The translations under genes were made by a program, and so were the position numbers. Shown one piece after another: positions 26,191 to 32,000 of a stretch of 32,000 bases of DNA. Location of the stretch: assembly GCA_028713935.1 (NCBI GenBank), contig JAQTNI010000006.1:1-32000 (forward strand), read 5' to 3'. Below the pieces are notes generated by a model that did not search any database, was not told the DNA's origin, and worked only from the letters and a program-made list of their open reading frames with translations. The DNA comes from Candidatus Iainarchaeum sp. Its GTDB lineage: Archaea; Iainarchaeota; Iainarchaeia; Iainarchaeales; GCA-2688035. Numbering within the stretch: position 1 is the stretch's first letter; each line of letters begins with the position of its first letter.

Positions 26191-26334
26191 ATGAAAAAAA
26201 CAAGAACTGCAAAAGCAAGAAAAGCAGCTGTAAAAGCAAGAAGCACAAAAGCAAAAACACAGCCTGCTTTCTACAAAGCACCATTGAACTTTGTTTCAAG
26301 CGGGTTCAACAGCTTTGTAAGCTATTTCAAGTAA
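26191..26334 (+). CDS. Small basic protein (47 aa), hypothetical
   Basis: A strong SD, GAGGTG (26180-26185), lies 5 nt before the ATG, and the gene starts 22 nt after the P3 stop. The sequence is MKKTRTAKARKAAVKARSTKAKTQPAFYKAPLNFVSSGFNSFVSYFK. Confidence 0.45.
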   Translation: MKKTRTAKARKAAVKARSTKAKTQPAFYKAPLNFVSSGFNSFVSYFK

Positions 26335-26337
26335 AAA

Positions 26338-26450
26338 GCCTTTTCTCTAAAGAGAAAAGCCTTGTTGCAAACCAAAAGGTTTGCGACGCGTCGCAAAGCA
26401 AAGCTTTGCAACGTGGGAAAAGAGGTTTTTCGCTTCGCGAAAAAAGGTTT
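26338..26450 (+). repeat. Composite structured intergenic repeat, copy A (five short hairpins plus a TGGGAAAAGA box)
   Basis: Stems are CTTTTCTCT/AGAGAAAAG (26340-26359), GCAAACC/GGTTTGC (26367-26384), the palindrome GCGACGCGTCGC (26383-26394), GCAAAGC/GCTTTGC (26393-26409) and TTTTTCGC/GCGAAAAA (26426-26444). The box is at 26414-26423. Confidence 0.65.
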
Positions 26451-26485
26451 CAAATAATTAACCAAAATTTTACTTTTTAATTAAA

Positions 26486-26515
26486 GGGGGCTTTGCCCCC
26501 AAATTTGATTTTTTG
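26486..26515. terminator. GC hairpin GGGGGC-TTT-GCCCCC flanked by T-runs on both strands; a candidate bidirectional terminator between convergent genes
   Basis: A perfect 6-bp GC stem (26486-26500) followed by AAATTTGATTTTTTG. It lies between the + strand small ORF and the - strand SET gene. Confidence 0.5.
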
Positions 26516-26548
26516 TTCAAACAAGGCAAAGACTGCCAGAAATTCTAC

Positions 26549-27073
26549 CTATAACTTCTTGTTGTTTTGCTTTCGAATTTTTTCTTTAAGGTATGGTGAA
26601 AAATACTCAAAATACCTGTCTTGCAGTTGTTTTAATTTCCAATCATCCATTGTAATTTTTCCACGGCAATTTTTACTCCCGCAGGCGCATTTGAAATTAA
26701 ATCTTGCAGAATTCAGGAAGGCATAATCCAAAGTAAGTTCTTCTCCCTTTTCAATATCCCTAATTGCGATTGTTGTTAGGGCATCCATAAAACCGCAATT
26801 GGGCTCGCATGAGTGATTGAGTGCCCCCAATTTTTTTGACTCCTCTGCTGTCGGAGGGCAAATGAAAAAGCCTTCATTTACTTGAATGCCAAGATGGCTG
26901 ACAGTTTTGTCATATTCTTTAATCTCATTTTTTGGAATAATAAGCCCACCAAATACACAAATTATTTTTCCCTTGTGTATTCTCTCCGATGCGCTCAAAC
27001 CATATCCTGCTATCGTTGATTTGAAGGGTTTTGCTTTTGGCGTAATCCATCGGGCATTCCACTTTTTTTGCAT
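26549..27073 (-). CDS. SET-domain protein-lysine methyltransferase
   Basis: GYGLSA..., NHSCEPNC, ELTLDYAF and the post-SET motif CACGSKNCRG. The ATG at 27073 (MQKKWNARW...) has TTTAAAATA centred about 26 nt upstream on the minus strand. The longer track ORF (to 27160) would encode the promoter region. Confidence 0.85.
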   Translation of the reverse strand: MQKKWNARWITPKAKPFKSTIAGYGLSASERIHKGKIICVFGGLIIPKNEIKEYDKTVSHLGIQVNEGFFICPPTAEESKKLGALNHSCEPNCGFMDALTTIAIRDIEKGEELTLDYAFLNSARFNFKCACGSKNCRGKITMDDWKLKQLQDRYFEYFSPYLKEKIRKQNNKKL

Positions 27074-27321
27074 ATATGCTCTTTTGCACAAAAATATTTT
27101 AAATAGGGCTCTGACAAGAATTGCGTGCAAAGTCAAGTTTGTGTTCAACTTTATGGGCAAAGCTTACACCAGGCAAGCCTTTAAAAACCTTTTTTTAAAG
27201 AATATTATAATTATAAATTGGTTTTGTCAATTAACTGAATAATTCAAAGTTTGGCAAACTGCATCGCAAGCGAGCCGCCTGTGATGTAACTGCTGAAATC
27301 AAATTCCTGATTTTAGCGTTA

Positions 27322-27431
27322 GGCCTTTTCTTAAACATTGTAAAACCGAAAGGTTTTACGATGCCTCGCAAAGCAGTGCTTTGCAAGGAAGAAAAGCCCT
27401 GGGAAAAGAAGTTTTTTGCTTCGCAAAAAAC
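27322..27431 (+). repeat. Composite structured intergenic repeat, copy B, upstream of rpl3
   Basis: The outer stem GGCCTTTTCTT (27322-27332) / AAGAAAAGCCC (27389-27399) encloses GTAAAACC-GAAA-GGTTTTAC (27340-27359) and GCAAAGC-AGT-GCTTTGC (27368-27384). These are followed by TGGGAAAAGA (27400-27409) and the stem GTTTTTTGC/GCAAAAAAC (27411-27431). Confidence 0.65.
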
Positions 27432-27497
27432 ATTCTGCCTCAAAAAGTTCGCCTTACTGATAAATTTGGAAATTAGAATTTTGAAAGGTTTTTTTGA

Positions 27498-28661
27498 ATG
27501 GTTAGAAAATCAAGGCCTCATGCGGGAAGCAAGGGTTTTTACCCTCGCAAGCGCGCTGCAAAAGAAACCCCTGGTTTCAGCACTTTTAAACCAGAGCAGG
27601 CAGAGGCAAAGGAATGCAGGCCATTGAATTTTTTGGTTTATAAGGCTGGCATGACCCATGTAATGGGAAGGGATGCGCACGCCAAGGGAACAACTTTTGG
27701 GCAGGAAATTGCTTTGCCAGTGACTGTCTTAGAGGCGCCTTCACTAAAAGTTTTTGGCGCAAGGGCTTATAAAAAAATAAATTATGGAACACAGCCGTTA
27801 ATGGAAATTTCAATTGAAAAGCCCGACAAGGAATTTGAGAGAAGGCAGCATTCTTTCAAAAAGCATGGCAAGAAAAAAAGGGAAGGAAAAAAAGCCCCTG
27901 TAAAACAAAAAACAATTGAGGACTTTGAAGCCGCAAAAGCGGAAATTGTTGATTTGAAATTATTGGCTTATTCAAGGCCGAAAGAAACAGGCCTTGCAAA
28001 AAAAAAGCCGGATGTCCTTGAAATTGCGCTTTCAGGAAGCATTGATGCAAAAATTGCTTTTGCAAGGGAAAAAATCGGAAAAGAAATTTCTTTGCAGGAT
28101 GTTTTCAGGGAAAACGATTTTGTTGATGCAAAGGCAGTTACAACAGGCAAGGGCACACAGGGGCCTGTTAAAAGGTTTGGAATAAAAATCCAGGGAAGAA
28201 AAGCAAAAAGGACTAGGGCAGTGGGAAGCATCGGGCCTTGGCACCCTAACACTTTGATGTGGCAGGTTGCAAGGTCTGGCCAGACAGGTTATCAGAACAG
28301 GACTGAATTGAACAAAAAAATTGTAAAAATTTCCGCAAAGCCGGAAGAAATTTCCGAGATTAATCCTGCAAGCGGATTCAAGAATTATGGCTTGGTACAA
28401 ACAAATTTTTTGCTTATTGGCGGAAGCGTTCCAGGCCCTGTTAAAAGGGCAATTGGCTTAAGGCATTCAATAAGGGCGCCTTCTTACAAGGCAAACAGGC
28501 ACAAGCTGGAGGGAATTGATTTTATTGCAACTTCACGCAAGGCATCAAAAATCCATATGGATGTTTCCGCGCAAAAAATCAAGTTGGAAGAGGAAAAAAA
28601 AGTTGAGAAAAAAAGCGTTGCAGATGAAATAGCATCTGCGGTGAAAGGCGAAAAAAAGTAA
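27498..28661 (+). CDS. rpl3: Ribosomal protein L3 (uL3)
   Basis: The N-terminus MVRKSRPHAGSKGFYPRKRA and the segment GKGTQGPVKRFG...GSIGPWHPNTLMWQVARSGQTGYQNRTE are typical archaeal uL3. Confidence 0.95.
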   Translation: MVRKSRPHAGSKGFYPRKRAAKETPGFSTFKPEQAEAKECRPLNFLVYKAGMTHVMGRDAHAKGTTFGQEIALPVTVLEAPSLKVFGARAYKKINYGTQPLMEISIEKPDKEFERRQHSFKKHGKKKREGKKAPVKQKTIEDFEAAKAEIVDLKLLAYSRPKETGLAKKKPDVLEIALSGSIDAKIAFAREKIGKEISLQDVFRENDFVDAKAVTTGKGTQGPVKRFGIKIQGRKAKRTRAVGSIGPWHPNTLMWQVARSGQTGYQNRTELNKKIVKISAKPEEISEINPASGFKNYGLVQTNFLLIGGSVPGPVKRAIGLRHSIRAPSYKANRHKLEGIDFIATSRKASKIHMDVSAQKIKLEEEKKVEKKSVADEIASAVKGEKK

Positions 28662-28696
28662 GGCCTTTTCTTGAAAAGAAAAGCCCTGGGAAAAAA
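28662..28696 (+). repeat. Short form of the repeat in the L3-L4 spacer: GGCCTTTTCTT-GAA-AAGAAAAGCCC followed by TGGGAAAAAA
   Basis: An 8-bp perfect stem (28665-28672 / 28676-28683) plus flanking G:C pairs. The 12 nt at 28661-28672 and the 19 nt at 28676-28694 are identical to 27321-27332 and 27389-27407. Confidence 0.65.
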
Positions 28697-28714
28697 ATGT
28701 TTATTGTGATGATT

Positions 28715-29518
28715 ATGAAAGCGAGTGTTTTTGCATTGGATGGAAAAAAACTGCATGACATTGAATTGCCAAGGGTTTTTGAAACAGCATTCCACCCTGA
28801 ACTCATAAAAAGGGCTGTTTTAAGTTGCCAGTCTGCAAGGCTGCAGCCAAAAGGCGCTTTTGTAATGGCTGGAAGAATGAACAGTGCAGAATACAGGGGA
28901 GCAAGAAGGCTTCCAACGCACGAAAGGTCAATCAATGTTGGCCATGCAAGGCTGCCAAGGCTCAAGAACAGGAGCGGGCTGCTTTATGGAAGAGTTGCAA
29001 GGGTTCCGCAGGCAGTGGGGGGAACAAGCCCTCATGCGCCGAAAGTTGAAAAAAAATTGTGGGAAAGAATAAACAAAAAGGAAAAAAGAAAAGCGCTTGA
29101 ATCCGCAATTGCGGCTTGTGCAAAAAAAGAGCTTGTGTTTAAAAGGCATTCTTTGGATGAAAAGGTTTCATTGCCTGTTATTGTTGAAGACAAATTTGAG
29201 GACCTGAAAAAAACAAAAGAAGTGATTGCTGTTTTGGCTGCCTTGAATCTTGGAAAAGACTTGGAAAATGCAAGGGCAAAGCGCAGGAGAAAATCCGGAA
29301 AAGGCAAAAAGCGCGGCCGAAAAGTAAAACAGAAAAAAAGCGTTTTGATTGTTACAAAAAACAATTCGCCTGTTTATAAGGCGGCAAGGAATATTCTTGG
29401 AATTGATGTTTGTGAATTAAGAAACCTTAATGCGGAGCTTTTGGCTCCGGGCTGCCTTGCTGGAAGGCTGGCTGTCTGGACTGAATCAGCAATAAAAGGC
29501 CTGGAAGCAAAAGTGTAA
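28715..29518 (+). CDS. rpl4: Ribosomal protein L4 (uL4)
   Basis: MKASVFALDGKK...ELPRVFE... and GRMNSAEYRGARRLP...GHARLPRLKN are uL4-like. The track start at ATG 28697 adds MFIVMI, and the start choice is uncertain. Confidence 0.92.
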   Translation: MKASVFALDGKKLHDIELPRVFETAFHPELIKRAVLSCQSARLQPKGAFVMAGRMNSAEYRGARRLPTHERSINVGHARLPRLKNRSGLLYGRVARVPQAVGGTSPHAPKVEKKLWERINKKEKRKALESAIAACAKKELVFKRHSLDEKVSLPVIVEDKFEDLKKTKEVIAVLAALNLGKDLENARAKRRRKSGKGKKRGRKVKQKKSVLIVTKNNSPVYKAARNILGIDVCELRNLNAELLAPGCLAGRLAVWTESAIKGLEAKV

Positions 29519-29531
29519 ATGGCGATAAAAA

Positions 29532-29876
29532 ATGGAAAAAAAATTTTCTGGAAAAAAAATTGCTGCAAAGGCTCTGCCCGTTAAAAAGGCAGTTGCAGAA
29601 ACTGTGAATGCAAAATTGCTTCCTGTTGATGTGCTTTTGTTCCCGTTGATCACTGAAAAAGCTGTCAACATGATTGAATCTGAAAACAAGATTTGTTTTG
29701 TGGTTAATAAAAAAGCCGAAAAAAAAGATGTTAAAAATGCTGTGGAAGCACTTTATAATGTAAAAGTTGATTCTGTAAAAACCCTGAATGACATGAAGGG
29801 AAGAAAAAAGGCAATTGTAAAAATCAATAAAAAATTCAAGGCAGATGAATTGGCAACAAAACTGGGTGTGTTGTAA
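29532..29876 (+). CDS. rpl23: Ribosomal protein L23 (uL23) with a Lys/Ala-rich N-terminal extension
   Basis: The core is FPLITEKAVNMIESENKICFVVNKKAEKKDVKNAVEALYNVKVDSVKTL. The ATG lies 13 nt after the rpl4 stop. Confidence 0.9.
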   Translation: MEKKFSGKKIAAKALPVKKAVAETVNAKLLPVDVLLFPLITEKAVNMIESENKICFVVNKKAEKKDVKNAVEALYNVKVDSVKTLNDMKGRKKAIVKINKKFKADELATKLGVL

Positions 29877-30593
29877 ATGGGTAGGCGGCTTATACAACAG
29901 AGGCGGGGAAAAGCAAGCCATACTTTTTTGGCAAGAAAAGACGGAGTAACCGCAAGATACGCTCCAATGCCAAAGGACAAACAGGGTTTAAGGGGCCAGG
30001 TTCTTTCCTTGTTCAAGGATTCAGGCAGGATGAATATTTTGGCTGATGTTTTGCTTGAAAATAATTTGCACAGTTATATGGTTGCGGCTGAAGGAATAAG
30101 CGTTGGGCAAAAAATTGAATTGGGAAAAAAAGCAAGTTTGGGAATAGGGAATGTATTGGTTTTGAATGAAATCCCGGAAGGATGCCCGATTTTTAATATT
30201 GAGCATGTTTCTGGCGATGGCGGTGTTCTTGTAAAAGGAACAGGGCTTTATGCCTTGATTGTTTCAAAAGACAATAATTATGCTTTTGTAAAAATGCCAA
30301 GCGGCAAAATAAAGCAGGTTTCCCTGGATTGCAGGGCAACAATTGGTTGTGCAGCTGGCGGTGGAAGGACAGACAAGCCAATGATTAAGGCTGGAACTGC
30401 ATTTCATAAGGCAAAGGCAAGAAAAAAATGGTTCCCTACTGTAAGGGGAGTAAAAATGAATGTTTTGGACCATCCATTTGGAGGGTCTGCGCATCATGCG
30501 GGAAAGTCAAAGTCCACATCAAGAAATGCGCCTCCTGGAAGAAAAGTCGGTGCAATTGCATCAAAAAGAACTGGGAGAATAAAGAAAAATTAA
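29877..30593 (+). CDS. rpl2: Ribosomal protein L2 (uL2)
   Basis: MGRRLIQQRRGKAS..., GCPIFNIE and VRGVKMNVLDHPFGGSAHHAGK. The start abuts the rpl23 stop (TAAATG). Confidence 0.97.
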   Translation: MGRRLIQQRRGKASHTFLARKDGVTARYAPMPKDKQGLRGQVLSLFKDSGRMNILADVLLENNLHSYMVAAEGISVGQKIELGKKASLGIGNVLVLNEIPEGCPIFNIEHVSGDGGVLVKGTGLYALIVSKDNNYAFVKMPSGKIKQVSLDCRATIGCAAGGGRTDKPMIKAGTAFHKAKARKKWFPTVRGVKMNVLDHPFGGSAHHAGKSKSTSRNAPPGRKVGAIASKRTGRIKKN

Positions 30594-30606
30594 ATGAAGT
30601 GAAAAA

Positions 30607-31008
30607 ATGGCTAAGGTTTTTATTTTTCAGGGAAAAACAATTGAAGAATTGAAAGGGCTGAGCATTGCCGAGTTTGCAAAAATTGCAAATTCAAGGGCAA
30701 GAAGAAGCCTCTTGAGGGGCTTTGACAAGAAGCTTGAGAAAAAGCTTGACAAGGCGCTTGCTGAAAAGGGAAAAGGAAAAGAGCCGAAGCCGATAAGGAC
30801 TCATTTGAGGGATGCAATTGTGATTCCAAAAATGGTCGGGTTGAAGGTTGCTGTTTACAAGGGAAGCTCTTTTGAAACAGTGGAAGTAAAGCCTGAAATG
30901 CTTGGCCATTATCTTGGGGAATATGCGCTTACAAGAAAAAGATTGATACACGGAAAAGCTGGAATTGGGGCAACAAAGTCCTCAACTGCGATTACTGCAA
31001 GGGGCTAA
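30607..31008 (+). CDS. rps19: Ribosomal protein S19 (uS19)
   Basis: RTHLRDAIVIPKMVGLKVAVYKGSSFETVEVKPEMLGHYLGEYALTRKRLIHGKAGIGATKSS. Confidence 0.95.
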   Translation: MAKVFIFQGKTIEELKGLSIAEFAKIANSRARRSLLRGFDKKLEKKLDKALAEKGKGKEPKPIRTHLRDAIVIPKMVGLKVAVYKGSSFETVEVKPEMLGHYLGEYALTRKRLIHGKAGIGATKSSTAITARG

Positions 31009-31030
31009 GGAGAAAAAAAAGGTGCTTTGA

Positions 31031-31498
31031 ATGGGTAAAAAGGATTATCAGGCCGACTTGCAGGGAAAAAACATTGCAAAGGCGTTTGCTTCAAACCAGC
31101 ATGTTTCATTGAAATATGCAAGCGAAATTTGCCGTGAAATAAAGGGAAAAAAAATCGGCAGGGCTGAAGCATTTTTGCAGAATGTAATTGAAAAAAAAGA
31201 ATTTTTGCCTTTGGTAAAATATAATAAAAAAATTCCCCACAGGAAAGGGGAAAGCAAAAGCGGGGTAAAATCAGGCAGGTACCCTCAAAAAGCCTGCAAG
31301 GCTGTCTTGAGCCTGCTGAACAGCGTGAAAGCAAATGCGGATTTCAAGGGATTGGACGCGGAAAATCTTTTGATTGTGCATGCTTTTGCTTCACAGGGAT
31401 TCAGGAGATTTGCACACCAGCCCAAGGGAAAAATTTCCGGAAAAGGATGGAAAAGAAAATCAGCGCATATTGAAATTGTTGCAAGGGAAACAGCATGA
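31031..31498 (+). CDS. rpl22: Ribosomal protein L22 (uL22)
   Basis: SLKYASEICREIKGKKIGRAEAFLQNV... and AHIEIVARE. SD GGTG (31021-31024) is present. Confidence 0.93.
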   Translation: MGKKDYQADLQGKNIAKAFASNQHVSLKYASEICREIKGKKIGRAEAFLQNVIEKKEFLPLVKYNKKIPHRKGESKSGVKSGRYPQKACKAVLSLLNSVKANADFKGLDAENLLIVHAFASQGFRRFAHQPKGKISGKGWKRKSAHIEIVARETA

Positions 31499-32000
31499 TT
31501 GAAAGGTTTTTTATAGAGCAGAACATGAAAAAAATAGAGCTGGAAAATTATGTGAAAAGCCAGCTTGGGCCAGCTGGCTTTACAAACCTTGAAATTGTAA
31601 AAACCCCGCTTGTCACAAGAATTGTCCTTCATGTTGTAAGGCCAGGGCTTGCAATAGGCAAGGGCGGGACAACAATAAACCAGCTTACACAGGAAATCGG
31701 AAAAAAGTTTGGAATTGAAAATCCGCAGATTGAAATCCAGGAAATAAAAAACCCAGAGCTTGATGCAAAGGCAAATGTTGACAAGATTGTTTCCCTGCTT
31801 GAAAGGGGCTATAGCTGGAGAAGCATTACTTTCAAGGCAATGCAGGAAATAATGAATGCAAAAGCGCAGGGAGCGGAATTGATTTTATCGGGAAAGCTTG
31901 CGGGAAAAGGCGGCAGAAAAAGAAGAGTCAGGATTGCACAGGGTTACATTAAAAAAGTCGGGAACCAGGTTAACCTTGTGGATTTCGCCAAGGCAACTGC
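31495..32000 (+). CDS. rps3: Ribosomal protein S3 (uS3), 5' part; the gene runs off the window
   Basis: This ORF is not in the ORF track because it is open-ended. My translation from ATG 31495 (ATGA overlap with the rpl22 stop) reads MIERFFIEQNMKKIELENYVKSQL...IVLHVVRPGLAIGKGGTTINQLTQEI...ELILSGKLAGKGGRKRR. That gives a KH domain with a GKGG motif, in the canonical position after L22. Confidence 0.9.
   Translation, partial: MIERFFIEQNMKKIELENYVKSQLGPAGFTNLEIVKTPLVTRIVLHVVRPGLAIGKGGTTINQLTQEIGKKFGIENPQIEIQEIKNPELDAKANVDKIVSLLERGYSWRSITFKAMQEIMNAKAQGAELILSGKLAGKGGRKRRVRIAQGYIKKVGNQVNLVDFAKAT

Noticed and set aside
26886-27242. A 118-aa + strand ORF, and a 77-aa ORF at 26493-26726
   Set aside because: Both are antisense to the SET-domain gene, whose conserved motifs fix the coding strand.
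27281-27310. A C/D-box sRNA-like string: GTGATGT ... CTGA ... CTGA
   Set aside because: The C-box is imperfect (GUGAUGU versus RUGAUGA). The spacing to the first CTGA is only 5 nt, which is too short for a guide. There is no C' box or terminal stem.
27231-27627. ORFs of 70 aa (minus strand) and 88 aa (plus strand) in the SET-rpl3 spacer
   Set aside because: They lie on opposite strands, are open across the same palindromic repeat module, and overlap the rpl3 start. This is typical of hairpin-rich non-coding DNA.
26338-28696. Possibility that the recurring hairpin repeats are a CRISPR array or tRNA-like genes
   Set aside because: The copies are not regularly spaced, differ in architecture, and are separated by genes. 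There is no cloverleaf, no T-loop GTTCRANYC, no anticodon-arm geometry, and no cas genes in the window.

Overview
This is an archaeal chromosome segment, AT-rich at roughly 40% GC by hand counts. The gene content and surface-protein motifs fit a small-genome DPANN-type archaeon, but that is inference. All genes except one are on the + strand.

(1) 0.2-15.3 kb holds the classical archaeal information-processing supercluster: split rpoB (B'' carrying a 506-aa LAGLIDADG intein, then B'), rpoA', rpoA'', L30e, NusA, S12, S7, aEF-2, aEF-1alpha and S10.

(2) 15.3-27.5 kb is a 12-kb accessory block. It encodes two paralogous single-pass surface proteins with SHOCT-like cytoplasmic tails, a KaiC-like ATPase, archease plus RtcB, and a 1024-aa Cys-rich lipoprotein. 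It also encodes an orphan helical protein, a third membrane-anchored surface protein, a 47-aa basic peptide and a minus-strand SET-domain methyltransferase.

(3) 27.5-32.0 kb holds L3-L4-L23-L2-S19-L22-S3, with S3 truncated by the window end.

I recognised no rRNA, tRNA, CRISPR array, transposase or integrase.

The most unusual signal not explained by the CDSs is a family of structured intergenic repeats. These are T-rich/A-rich hairpins plus a TGGGAAAAGA box and a TTCGCTTCGC hairpin. They sit directly after stop codons and before ribosomal-protein genes, and their copies differ by compensatory base-pair changes and coordinated indels.

All protein calls rest on conserved motifs recognised by eye in the supplied translations. 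No database search was run.
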